From an uncultured Bacteroidales bacterium (GTDB taxonomy: Bacteria > Bacteroidota > Bacteroidia > Bacteroidales > Muribaculaceae), in assembly GCA_902760865.1 (NCBI GenBank), contig CACWID010000010.1:16864-80863 (forward strand): a stretch of DNA of 64,000 nucleotides, given 5' to 3'. The position numbers were made by a program, and so were the translations under genes. This document shows positions 18,666 to 27,824 of this stretch, in pieces. Every line of letters starts with the position of its first letter. Positions within the stretch are counted from its first letter, which is position 1. The notes beneath the pieces were generated by a model, which saw only the letters and a program-made list of their open reading frames with translations, was not told where the DNA came from and searched no databases.

Positions 18666-19313
18666 ATGCAAAACGAGAATCGATCATTTCTTACGTCTAT
18701 ACCACCTGTTACCAGACATCTGCTCATTATCAACGTGCTCGTCTGGCTGGCGACCATCGTACTCCATCGTTCCGGAATTTTCCTGGAGCGTTGGCTGGCT
18801 TTGTTCTTCTGGCAGGATAGTTATTTTAACTTGGCCCAACCGTTGACCCACATGTTCATGCATGACACGCATGGCATCACCCACATCTTCTTCAATATGT
18901 TCTCGTTGTGGATGTTCGGCGGACTGCTGGAGCGGGTCATGGGTTCAAAGCGTTACCTGTTCTATTACATCATGTGCGGCCTGGGTGCTGCATTGGTCCA
19001 GGAGTTGACGTGGCAGTTCTCGTTGCAGGAGATTGTTCCCACGGTGGGCGCCTCGGGTGCCGTGTTCGGCATCCTGCTGGCCTTCGGTATGCTGTTCCCC
19101 AACATGCCGATGTACATTTTCTTTATCCCTGTGCCCATCAAGGCCAAGTGGGTGGTCATCGGCTATGGTCTGCTGGAACTCTACTTCGGTATCTCGGGCA
19201 ATCAACCGGGTGTGGCCCATTTTGCCCATCTCGGCGGCATGCTTGCCGGCATCATCATGATGCTCTATTGGAAACATAAGGGTACGTTCATGCGCAGGAA
19301 TGGCTTTTATTGA
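18666..19313 (+). CDS. rhomboid family intramembrane serine protease
   Basis: 215 aa, 6 TM. Catalytic Ser context GASGAVFG and His context AHLGGMLAG. Confidence 0.85.
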   Translation: MQNENRSFLTSIPPVTRHLLIINVLVWLATIVLHRSGIFLERWLALFFWQDSYFNLAQPLTHMFMHDTHGITHIFFNMFSLWMFGGLLERVMGSKRYLFYYIMCGLGAALVQELTWQFSLQEIVPTVGASGAVFGILLAFGMLFPNMPMYIFFIPVPIKAKWVVIGYGLLELYFGISGNQPGVAHFAHLGGMLAGIIMMLYWKHKGTFMRRNGFY

Positions 19314-20223
19314 CGATATCAAGCGCACTTACCGTCAGGGGTCGATGCTGATGAGGCTCATCTTCATCAACATCGGCGTCTTTGTGCTGTTGCACCTCTT
19401 GACGATCGGTTTCATGCTGTTTAACGCCGACGGCAGCGTCGTGTTGTCGTGGGTGGAACTGCCCAGCGACCTGGGCCTGCTCCTGAGGCGTCCGTGGACG
19501 CTGGTGACCTACATGTTCACCCACTATGGCCTGTTGCACATCTTGTTCAACCTGCTGTGGTTCTACTGGCTGGGGCGCATCTTCATGGAATTTTTCTCAC
19601 CCAAGCAGCTCACGGGACTTTACCTGTTGGGCGGATTGGGCGGTGCCGTGCTCTATCTGCTGGCCTATAACCTGCTGCCTCGTCTGGCCGGCATGTCAAT
19701 GCCCCTGGTCGGCGCTTCGGCTTCGATCCTGGCCGTGGTCATCGCGACGGCGGTCTATGTCCCTGACTACAAGATCGGGTTGCTGTTCATCGGTGAAGTG
19801 CCCCTCAAGTGGGTTGCCATCGTCACCATGTTTATCTCCCTGATCGGGATGGAAGGCGGCAACATCGGCGGGAATATCGCCCACATCGGCGGAGCCATCG
19901 TGGGTGCCTGGTATGGAGTCAGGATCAGGCGGGGACGCGATATCACGCGCCCGCTCAATGCTTGCATCGACTGGTTTGCCGGGCTGTTCAACGGACGCTC
20001 CTTCAAGCTGCCCAGGTTCAAGAAACCCGAGTTCAGCCGCCCTGCCGGAAAGGCCACTCAACAGCCCCCTAGGCGCCAGGAGGACAGCCGGGTCCCCCGC
20101 GACCAGGTGAGCGAGGAAGAACTGGATATCATATTGAAGAAAATCAAGGACGCGGGCTACGATGCCCTCACCGATGACGAGCGGGACAAACTCTTCAAGG
20201 CGTCCCGACAACGTCAGGCATAG
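19300..20223 (+). CDS. rhomboid family intramembrane serine protease with basic/acidic C-terminal tail
   Basis: 307 aa. Motifs GASASILAV and AHIGGAIVG. Overlaps the preceding rhomboid gene by 14 nt. Confidence 0.8.
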   Translation: MAFIDDIKRTYRQGSMLMRLIFINIGVFVLLHLLTIGFMLFNADGSVVLSWVELPSDLGLLLRRPWTLVTYMFTHYGLLHILFNLLWFYWLGRIFMEFFSPKQLTGLYLLGGLGGAVLYLLAYNLLPRLAGMSMPLVGASASILAVVIATAVYVPDYKIGLLFIGEVPLKWVAIVTMFISLIGMEGGNIGGNIAHIGGAIVGAWYGVRIRRGRDITRPLNACIDWFAGLFNGRSFKLPRFKKPEFSRPAGKATQQPPRRQEDSRVPRDQVSEEELDIILKKIKDAGYDALTDDERDKLFKASRQRQA

Positions 20224-20238
20224 AAAGACTCATGTGTA

Positions 20239-21414
20239 ATGGCTGGAAGAAAAAGTACATATAATTATAATGTGCGCCACCGCAGCAGAAGATTCCGGTG
20301 GCTGTTAGAGGGCTTGGCGCTGTTGTTCGCCCTGCTGCTCATCCTGTGCGCCTACGCTGGGAAGATCGACCCCGGGAGCTTCTTCCCGGCTCCCTTCTTG
20401 ACGCTGGCCTACATGCCGATGTTGCTGTTGCTGGCCCTCTTCCTTGTCCTCGTGCTGCTGTTCAGGCGCTGGCTGGCCGCGCTGATATTGGTCGCAGCCT
20501 TTGTGGCCACGTTGCCGGTGTTCGGCATGTATGTCCCTCTGAACAGCGAGGACCAGTTGCCGCCCATGCCCACCGAATCCAAATCGCTGCTCAAGGTGAT
20601 GACCTATAACGTGCTGTGCTTCAACTACAACGAGGCATCGGCCGACCAGGGCCCCTCGGCCACGATGGCGCTGATTCTGGAAGCCGACCCCGACGTGGTT
20701 CTGCTCCAGGAGGGCGGTGCCGCCGGCATCGAGTGGGAGGAGATTCCCTCGCTGAAACCCCACATGGCGAAAGTCAGGGCTAAATACCCTTATACCTTTA
20801 CCAGTCCCGAAGGGCTGAACATCCTCTCCAAGTATCCGTTCAAGACCCAGGCCCTGGGCGAACCCGACGAGACGCGGTCTGTCCTGGGCTATAACCGCGA
20901 GATGAAGGCCTATCTGGCCAGGGCCTATGACCTGTCGTTGCCGTCAGGCAAGCAGCTCCGTCTCATCGACTTCCGGCTGCAGTCCTATCACCTGCAGTTC
21001 GGTAAGAGCCAGAACGTGCGCATCTCTCCCGACATCAAGCCGGCGCCGCTTGAGCGCATGCGTCGCTCGTTTGCCCTTCGCGGGGGCGATGCGTCTGTCA
21101 TCCGCCGTGCCATCGACGAGTCGCCGGGCAACGTCATCGTGTGCGGCGACATGAACGATGTCACCACGTCTAACGTCTATCGCATCATCCGCGGTGACGA
21201 CATGAGCGACGCCTGGATCGAGGTGGGCTACGGCTATGCGCCGACCTTCAACCGCTACCACCTGCCCTTCCGCATCGACCACATCCTCTATCGTGGCCAG
21301 TTGCAGGCCCTCAAGGCCGAGCGCCTGCAGGAGGGCAGCAGTGACCACTACCCATTGATGGCCACCTTTGACATCGATACTACTCATGACTCAGTAAAAT
21401 CAAATAACCAATAA
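20239..21414 (+). CDS. membrane-anchored endonuclease/exonuclease/phosphatase (EEP) family protein
   Basis: 391 aa. N-terminal TM helices followed by an EEP-like core (VMTYNVLCFN, LLQE, VCGDMND, SDHYPL). Confidence 0.7.
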   Translation: MAGRKSTYNYNVRHRSRRFRWLLEGLALLFALLLILCAYAGKIDPGSFFPAPFLTLAYMPMLLLLALFLVLVLLFRRWLAALILVAAFVATLPVFGMYVPLNSEDQLPPMPTESKSLLKVMTYNVLCFNYNEASADQGPSATMALILEADPDVVLLQEGGAAGIEWEEIPSLKPHMAKVRAKYPYTFTSPEGLNILSKYPFKTQALGEPDETRSVLGYNREMKAYLARAYDLSLPSGKQLRLIDFRLQSYHLQFGKSQNVRISPDIKPAPLERMRRSFALRGGDASVIRRAIDESPGNVIVCGDMNDVTTSNVYRIIRGDDMSDAWIEVGYGYAPTFNRYHLPFRIDHILYRGQLQALKAERLQEGSSDHYPLMATFDIDTTHDSVKSNNQ

Positions 21415-21441
21415 CCAATATTTTAATCATTTACTACAGAC

Positions 21442-23565
21442 ATGAAGAAAATTTTATTCACCGTTCTTGCCGTAGCCACCCTGATGCTGGTGGGCTGTGA
21501 CAAGCAGAAATCCAACGAGAACAACCCGTTTATGTCGGAGTATGCTAACGAGTACGGCATTCCGCCGTTTGACAAGATTTCCTATGCCGACTATGAGCCC
21601 GCAGCGCTGGCCGGTATCGAGGAACAGAATGCCGAGATTGATTCCATCATCAAGAACACGGCAGAGCCTAACTTTGAGAACACCATCCTGGCGCTGGACA
21701 ACAGCGGCAAGATCCTGAGCAAGGTGGGTGGTGTGTTGTTTGCCCTGAGCGAGAGTGACAACACCCCGGAGATGCAGAAGGTTTCCGAGAAGCTGTTGCC
21801 CATGTTCACGGCTCAGAGCGACGCCATGTACATGAATGACAGCCTGTTTGCCAAGGTAAAGGCCGTCTATGACAACGCCGACAAGCTGGGCATGGATCCC
21901 ATCCAGAAGCGTCTCACCGAGAAGTACTACAAGAGGTTTGTCCGCAACGGTGCCCTCTTGACCGCTGCCCAGAAGGACAGCCTCAAGGAGATCAACCGCA
22001 AGCTGGGCGAGTTCAACCTGAAGTTCGGCAACAACATCCAGCATGACCTGAGCGAGTGCATCTTCTATGTGGACAAGGAGGAGCAGCTCAAGGGCCTTCC
22101 CCAGACGATCATTGACAACGCTGCCAAGCTGGCTGCCGAGAAGGGCAAGAAGGGCCAGTGGGCTTTCAATGCCATCGCCGCTACGCGTCTGCCCGTGCTG
22201 ACCTATGCCGACAGCCGCGACCTGCGCCGTCAGATGTACGAGACCTACACCTCTACCGCCAGCCATGGTGACGAGTGGGACAACAGCGAGAACATCCGCA
22301 ACATCCTCCTGCTCCGTCAGCAGAAGGCCAACCTGCTCGGCTTCAACACCTATGCCGACTATGCCACCGACCCCTATATGGCCAAGACTCCCAAAGCCGC
22401 CGAGGACCTGCTGATGCAGCTCTGGCGCCCCGCCATCAAGAAGGTGGATGAGGAGGTTGCCGACATGCAGAAGTATGCTGCTGCCCATGGCGACACCGCC
22501 AAGATCGAGGCTTGCGACTATTACTACTATGCCGAGAAGGTGAAGAAGGAGAAGTTCAACTTCAGCGAGGACGACGTACGTCCCTACTTCGCTCTCGACA
22601 GCGTGGTGAAGAACGGTATCTTCTATGCCGCCAACAAGCTCTACGGCCTCACCTTCGAGGAGATGCCCGATGCTCCCAAGTACAACCCCGAGGTGAAGGT
22701 CTATGACGTGAAGGATGCCGAGGGCAAGCACCTCGCCGTCTTCATGACCGACTACCTGCCCCGTCCCGTCAAGAGCCCTGGCGCATGGATGAATGCCATG
22801 CAGGAGGCCTACAACTATGGCGGTGAGAACGTGCGTCCCATTATCTATAACGTGGGTAATATGGCACTGCCTTCGGGCGACACCCCCTCGCTGCTCACTT
22901 GGGACGACGTGCAGACCGTCTTCCACGAGTTCGGTCACGCCCTCCACGGCATGCTGACGCGAGTTCCGTATCGTGGCCTGGCAGGTACCAACACCGACCG
23001 CGACATTGTCGAGATGCCTTCACAGATCAATGAGCACTGGGCATTTGAGCCTGAGGTGCTGAAGCACTATGCACGCCACTACAAGACCGGCGAGGTGATC
23101 CCTGACAGCCTCGTGCAGAAGCTCAACGAGAGTGCACAGTTCAACATGGGCTTCATGACCACCGAGCTCGTCGGTGCCGCCCTCATGGACATGTATTGGC
23201 ACAAGAAGGCCTGGACTCCCGAGGAGGCCAAGAACATCGACGTCAAGGCATTTGAGCAGGATGTGAAGAACCAGCTCAACATGCCCGCCCTCGTCGAGTT
23301 CCGCTATCGCAGCCCCTACTTCAAGCACGTCTTCGCCAGCGATGAGTATGCTTGCGGTTACTACACCTACCTGTGGGCTCAGGTACTTGAGGCCGACGGC
23401 TATCTGCCCTTCGAGAAGGCTGGCTGCTTCGACAAGGCCACTGCCGACGCGTTCAAGAAACTCCTTGAGTCTGGTGATACCATGGATCCCATGGAGCTCT
23501 ACAAGCAGTATCGTGGCCAGGCGCCCACCGTCGACGCCCTGCTCCGCAACCGCGGCCTGAAGTAA
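21442..23565 (+). CDS. dcp: M3 family metallopeptidase (peptidyl-dipeptidase Dcp-like), lipoprotein
   Basis: 707 aa. Lipobox LMLVGC. Zinc motif HEFGHALH and M3-type C-terminal region. Confidence 0.85.
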   Translation: MKKILFTVLAVATLMLVGCDKQKSNENNPFMSEYANEYGIPPFDKISYADYEPAALAGIEEQNAEIDSIIKNTAEPNFENTILALDNSGKILSKVGGVLFALSESDNTPEMQKVSEKLLPMFTAQSDAMYMNDSLFAKVKAVYDNADKLGMDPIQKRLTEKYYKRFVRNGALLTAAQKDSLKEINRKLGEFNLKFGNNIQHDLSECIFYVDKEEQLKGLPQTIIDNAAKLAAEKGKKGQWAFNAIAATRLPVLTYADSRDLRRQMYETYTSTASHGDEWDNSENIRNILLLRQQKANLLGFNTYADYATDPYMAKTPKAAEDLLMQLWRPAIKKVDEEVADMQKYAAAHGDTAKIEACDYYYYAEKVKKEKFNFSEDDVRPYFALDSVVKNGIFYAANKLYGLTFEEMPDAPKYNPEVKVYDVKDAEGKHLAVFMTDYLPRPVKSPGAWMNAMQEAYNYGGENVRPIIYNVGNMALPSGDTPSLLTWDDVQTVFHEFGHALHGMLTRVPYRGLAGTNTDRDIVEMPSQINEHWAFEPEVLKHYARHYKTGEVIPDSLVQKLNESAQFNMGFMTTELVGAALMDMYWHKKAWTPEEAKNIDVKAFEQDVKNQLNMPALVEFRYRSPYFKHVFASDEYACGYYTYLWAQVLEADGYLPFEKAGCFDKATADAFKKLLESGDTMDPMELYKQYRGQAPTVDALLRNRGLK

Positions 23566-23596
23566 TATTTCAATTTGGGCATTTACCCAAATTGAA

Positions 23597-23624
23597 GATT
23601 AGAGATTAGAGATTAGAGATTAGG
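23597..23624. repeat. 7-nt tandem array GATTAGA, 4 units
   Basis: gattaga gattaga gattaga gattagg. Starts 32 nt after the dcp stop and precedes a terminator hairpin. Confidence 0.9.
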
Positions 23625-23647
23625 GAACTCTTACTCCCCCAAAGATT

Positions 23648-23689
23648 ATCGGGGCCTTGCCACTCTCGGCAAGGCCCCGATTGTTTGTT
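23648..23689 (+). terminator. rho-independent terminator of dcp
   Basis: ATCGGGGCCTTGCC...GGCAAGGCCCCGAT stem followed by TGTTTGTT. Confidence 0.7.
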
Positions 23690-23748
23690 CTTCAGCCCGG
23701 TCTTCTGTGCCGTGACTCAGTCACGGCCACCGGGTGACCATCGCCAGG

Positions 23749-24576
23749 CTATAGGTTGTTGGATTTCAGCAGGAGGTTGATCAGTGCAGTGACATCGCTG
23801 ATGCTGACGTTGCCGTCTTTGTTCACGTCTCCTGTACCGATGCAGATCTCCGGATTCAGCAGCATATTGATCAGTGCGGTCAAGTCATTTAAGTTCACGG
23901 TGCCGTTGTGGTCCACGTCGCCGGTCTTGACGTAATCAACGTTGGGGACTTCAAGGCAAGCGCCCACGATGTCACCTTCACTTTGGGCTTCGATGACATA
24001 TTTGCCTCCCGAGGTGAACGGTATCTCTTCGGTATAAAGGCGCCACTTGTACCATACGTCAACATCATAATCTCTCCACCTGTAGTAGATATCGTTGCCA
24101 TAGGGCGAAATCAACGATACATAATAACCTCTTTCTCCGGTAGGCTCAATCTTGATGCCGGGAGCCGCTGAAAAGCCCAGGTAATCGACATTGAAGGTGA
24201 CATAAATGCTTGGACTACGTTCTTTGCCCAACGTTTCAGCATAGGCTTCAATGGCATATCTGCCCAGTGTAGTGAATGGATAAACGCCGTCATAATCGCG
24301 CCACCTTGTCCAGAAACCTTCGCTCTGGCCGTCCTCAAGGATTCTGGTCCAGCGGAAATGGACATTGCCCTCACGGGGTAGTATAGTGAGGTCATAGGCC
24401 GTCACCATCATGGCCTCGTCAATTCGGGGCATCATAATCAGGCCTGGAGCGGCAGTGTGGTACAACAATTCAGATTCGGCCTTTGCGGCGTTGTAATTCT
24501 CGCCGTCATTCAATGGGGCGGCATGTGTCGGCAGCATCATAAATGCCGCTACGACAATCATTAAAAAATTCTTCAT
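23749..24576 (-). CDS. secreted protein with two CHB_HEX_C-like beta-sandwich modules and a C-terminal dockerin pair
   Basis: 275 aa with a signal peptide. C-terminus GDVDHNGTVNLNDLTALINMLL...GDVNKDGNVSISDVTALINLLL. Confidence 0.6.
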   Translation of the reverse strand: MKNFLMIVVAAFMMLPTHAAPLNDGENYNAAKAESELLYHTAAPGLIMMPRIDEAMMVTAYDLTILPREGNVHFRWTRILEDGQSEGFWTRWRDYDGVYPFTTLGRYAIEAYAETLGKERSPSIYVTFNVDYLGFSAAPGIKIEPTGERGYYVSLISPYGNDIYYRWRDYDVDVWYKWRLYTEEIPFTSGGKYVIEAQSEGDIVGACLEVPNVDYVKTGDVDHNGTVNLNDLTALINMLLNPEICIGTGDVNKDGNVSISDVTALINLLLKSNNL

Positions 24577-24649
24577 AGTCTTTATTGGAAATTACATCAT
24601 CTAATTCGGCCGCAAAGGTATTCATAATTCTGGAAATAGCGGCTCTGTT

Positions 24650-26620
24650 TCATCCTTTTTCTTTCAATGGGCGGTCTGTCCGGTGGCGCATCAGCCGCAG
24701 GGAGTTCAACACGCAGAGGAGGGCGACGCCGACGTCGGCAAACACCGCCTCCCACAGGTTGGCGATGCCCAGCACGCCCAGTATCATCACCAGCACCTTC
24801 ACGCCGATGGCGAAGGCGATGTTCTGCTTGACGATGCGTCGGGTGCGCCGGCCCAGGGTGATGGCGTCAGCCACGCGCGAGGGTTGGTCGGTCTGGATGA
24901 TGACGTCGGCGGTCTCGATGGCCATGTCGCTGCCCAGGCCGCCCATTGCGATACCCACGTCACTGAGCGCCAGCACGGGGGCATCGTTGATGCCGTCGCC
25001 CACAAAGGCCACCTGCCGTTGTCCTTGTCCTTGCAGCCGCTCGATGTGCTCCACCTTGTCCTGCGGCAAGAGGTCGCCGTGGGAGTGGGTGATGGCCAGT
25101 TGCCGGGCCACCTCGTCGGCCAGGGCCTGTCGGTCGCCCGTGAGCATCACCGTGGTGATGTCCTGACGTGCCAGGGCGTCAATGGCATCACGCGCATCCT
25201 CCTTCGGCACGTCGCTCAGAGTGATGTGTCCGGCATATTGCCCGCCTATGGCCACGGCCACCATCGTGCCGACGATGTCCTTCAACCCGGCGGGGAAGGC
25301 TACGCCCTCATGCTCCAGCAGGCGTGTCGTGCCCACGAGCCACGGCTGGCCGTCCACGACGGCGCTCAGGCCATAGCCCGCGATATTCTTGAGGTCGCTG
25401 ACGGCGACCGTAGCCGGCTTGTGGCTGTCGAGGATGGCTTGTGCGATGGGGTGGGGGCTGCCTTGCTCGATGGCGGCGACGATGGCGAGCTGTTCCTCGG
25501 TCAGGCCGTTGACCTCGCTGACAGCGAAACGGCCTGTCGTCAGCGTGCCCGTCTTGTCAAACACGACCGTGTCCACTGCCGCGATGGCGTCAAGGTAATT
25601 GCTCCCCTTGAACAGGATTCCGCGGCGCGAGGCGGCGCCGATTCCCGCATAGTAACTGAGCGGAATGCTGATGACCAGTGCGCAGGGGCACGAAATCACC
25701 AGGAAGACCAGGGCCCGATGGAGCCATTCGGCAAAATGATAGTCAAAACCGGTCGCTGCCAGTGAATACACCCATGGCAAGAGCACCACGAGTGCGGCAA
25801 GCCCCACGACGACAGGCGTGTACACCTTGGCAAAGCGGCGGATGAAGAGTTCGGCCGGAGCCTTGCGCTCGGTGGCCTCCTCGACCAGATGCAGGATGCG
25901 CGAGACGGCGCTGTCGCTGGCAGGACGGCAGGCGCGGATGCGCACCACGCTGTCGCTGGCTATCATGCCCGCCAGCACCTCGTCGCCGCTCTCGATGGCG
26001 CGCGGCATGCTCTCGCCCGTCAGTGCCGCCGTGTCGAAGGCGGCAGCCAGGCCCGTCAGGGTCCCGTCGACGGGTACGCGTTCGCCGGGCTTGACCTCGA
26101 TGATGTCGCCCACCTTGACCTCGGCAGGGTCGATGGTCACCGACTTGTCGTCGCGGATGACCGTGGCATGGTCGGGACGGAAGGCGATGAGCGACTTGAT
26201 GTTGCCGCGTGCACGGCTCACGGCACGGTCCTGCAGGGCCTCGCCGATGCAGTAGAGTGCCATCACGGCGACCGCTTCGGGGTATTCGCCGATGGCAAAG
26301 GCTCCGATGCTGGCCACCGACATGAGCAGGAACTCGCTGAATACTTCGCCCTCACGGGCCTCCTCGACGGCCTCGCGCAGCACGCCCAGTCCCGTGGGCA
26401 GCCAGGCGGCGGCATACCATGCCAGCCTCACCCAGCCGTTGGAGAACCAGCGGCAGCCCGTTGCCGTCATGATGATGCCTGCAACCAGCAGAACCAGCGA
26501 CAGTGCCGGTTTCCACCAGCTCATCTCCTCCTCATGCTCGTGGTCATGTCCATCACCGCAGCAACTGCAGCCGTGGTTGTGGCATTCTTCCTCGTGATGA
26601 TGTTCGTCGTTATATGTCAT
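24650..26620 (-). CDS. heavy-metal translocating P1B-type ATPase (Zn/Cd/Co-type)
   Basis: 656 aa. Motifs DKTGTLT, CPC (VISCPCALVIS), SPHPIA and GDGINDAP. His/Cys-rich N-terminus HHHEEECHNHGCSCCGDGHDHEHEEE. Confidence 0.9.
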   Translation of the reverse strand: MTYNDEHHHEEECHNHGCSCCGDGHDHEHEEEMSWWKPALSLVLLVAGIIMTATGCRWFSNGWVRLAWYAAAWLPTGLGVLREAVEEAREGEVFSEFLLMSVASIGAFAIGEYPEAVAVMALYCIGEALQDRAVSRARGNIKSLIAFRPDHATVIRDDKSVTIDPAEVKVGDIIEVKPGERVPVDGTLTGLAAAFDTAALTGESMPRAIESGDEVLAGMIASDSVVRIRACRPASDSAVSRILHLVEEATERKAPAELFIRRFAKVYTPVVVGLAALVVLLPWVYSLAATGFDYHFAEWLHRALVFLVISCPCALVISIPLSYYAGIGAASRRGILFKGSNYLDAIAAVDTVVFDKTGTLTTGRFAVSEVNGLTEEQLAIVAAIEQGSPHPIAQAILDSHKPATVAVSDLKNIAGYGLSAVVDGQPWLVGTTRLLEHEGVAFPAGLKDIVGTMVAVAIGGQYAGHITLSDVPKEDARDAIDALARQDITTVMLTGDRQALADEVARQLAITHSHGDLLPQDKVEHIERLQGQGQRQVAFVGDGINDAPVLALSDVGIAMGGLGSDMAIETADVIIQTDQPSRVADAITLGRRTRRIVKQNIAFAIGVKVLVMILGVLGIANLWEAVFADVGVALLCVLNSLRLMRHRTDRPLKEKG

Positions 26621-26708
26621 TGTCTTTACCTCCAGTTGTTTGTTTTTCTGGCGGCAAAGTTACAGACTATTCCGTGCAACTCGGTTGCAAAGTTCCAGAT
26701 CGTAGACG

Positions 26709-26748
26709 CTATAGTAACTATAGTCACTATAGTAACTATAGGAACTAT
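26709..26748. repeat. 9-nt tandem array CTATAGTNN, ~4.5 units
   Basis: ctatagtaa ctatagtca ctatagtaa ctataggaa ctat. Starts 26 nt downstream of the GT2 stop. Confidence 0.9.
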
Positions 26749-26773
26749 GAGGGGATAGAAAGGGGCGGGAGTG

Positions 26774-27754
26774 TCAATAGAGGAGGCGGGCGATGCGCGC
26801 CGAGCCGCGTTTGCCGGTGGCGATGCGAGCAAAGAGGCGTCGCGTCACGGGGGCCACAAGCCAGCGCCAGCGGCGGTTGTTGCCGTAGCTGTCGCCTAGG
26901 GCCTTATAGGCCTGTCGGCAGAGGGGGATGGAAAGGTCGCTGCAACCCTCTCGCTCGTATTGTGCCGCGAGCACCATGCGCCTGTATTCGAGCAGGCGCT
27001 CGTAGCGCGTCTTGTATTTGGCCTTGAGCTGTGAGCAGCGCACCTCGTTCTTCATGATGTCGATGACGTGCTCCCACTGGCCGTGGCGGCTGTGGAACTC
27101 GGTCCCGGTGATGGAGTCGGCGCCGTTGTGGTTGATGATGATGCGGGACTTGCCGCCCATGTAGGCGATGTGCGGCCGTGCCAGCAGCAGCCTGAGTCCC
27201 AGCTCCCAGTCGTTCCACCCCGGCAGGTTGATGTTCCAGCCGTCGGTGCCGGCAAAGAACTCGCGCCTGACGGCATAGCGTTGCGTAGCCAGTTGCGCGT
27301 GCAGGATGTGCTGGGCGAAGATGTCCCGCTTGTGGAACGGGGCCTGGCGCGTACTGCCGTCGGGGAAGACCAGCGAAGAGCGGGCACTGATAATGTCGAG
27401 CTGTCGCCCTGCTTTCTGGGCCCGGTTGATGACCTTGACATAGGATTCGACAAGGTGCTCGTCCATCAGGTCGTCGCTGTCGAAAAAGAGAACCCACTCG
27501 CCCGTCGAGAGTTCGAAGCCCCGGTTGCGTGCCGCTCCCGCGGTGTGGTGCTCCTCTCGGGTGATCACGACGTTGAAGCCCTCGCCGGGATGCTCTTTCT
27601 TGAAATTCTCGAGCACCTGCAGGGTGTCGTCGGTGCTGTAATTATCCACCAGAATCACTTGCAGGGGGCGATGGGTCTGAGTGACAACGCTTTCCAGCGT
27701 GGCCTTGACCACGTCGGCGCGGTTATAGACGGGTATGATGATGGTTACTTCCAT
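26774..27754 (-). CDS. family 2 glycosyltransferase
   Basis: Start taken at ATG 27754 (MEVTIIIPVYNRADVVKATLESV). DxD-type motif FFDSDD. 326 aa. Confidence 0.8.
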   Translation of the reverse strand: MEVTIIIPVYNRADVVKATLESVVTQTHRPLQVILVDNYSTDDTLQVLENFKKEHPGEGFNVVITREEHHTAGAARNRGFELSTGEWVLFFDSDDLMDEHLVESYVKVINRAQKAGRQLDIISARSSLVFPDGSTRQAPFHKRDIFAQHILHAQLATQRYAVRREFFAGTDGWNINLPGWNDWELGLRLLLARPHIAYMGGKSRIIINHNGADSITGTEFHSRHGQWEHVIDIMKNEVRCSQLKAKYKTRYERLLEYRRMVLAAQYEREGCSDLSIPLCRQAYKALGDSYGNNRRWRWLVAPVTRRLFARIATGKRGSARIARLLY

Positions 27755-27808
27755 TGTGTTCACGGGGGTAAAGGTACTGCTTTTTTTGATAAAGTGCAAA
27801 AAATGTCC

Positions 27809-27816
27809 TACTTTTG
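27809..27816 (+). promoter_or_regulatory. -7 box TACTTTTG
   Basis: 9 nt upstream of the ATG at 27825, in the divergent GT2/GT1 intergenic region. Confidence 0.55.
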
Positions 27817-27824
27817 CACCCGCA

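Noticed and set aside
26503-27027. ORFs crossing the CTATAG array (26503-27027 plus strand, 26626-26832 minus strand) giving YSNYSHYSNY-type peptides.
   Set aside because: They overlap the ends of the ATPase and GT2 genes and consist of repeat-derived or Arg/Gly-rich shadow sequence, so they are not credible genes. The same reasoning applies to 35823-36233 (minus) across the 35828-35889 array.
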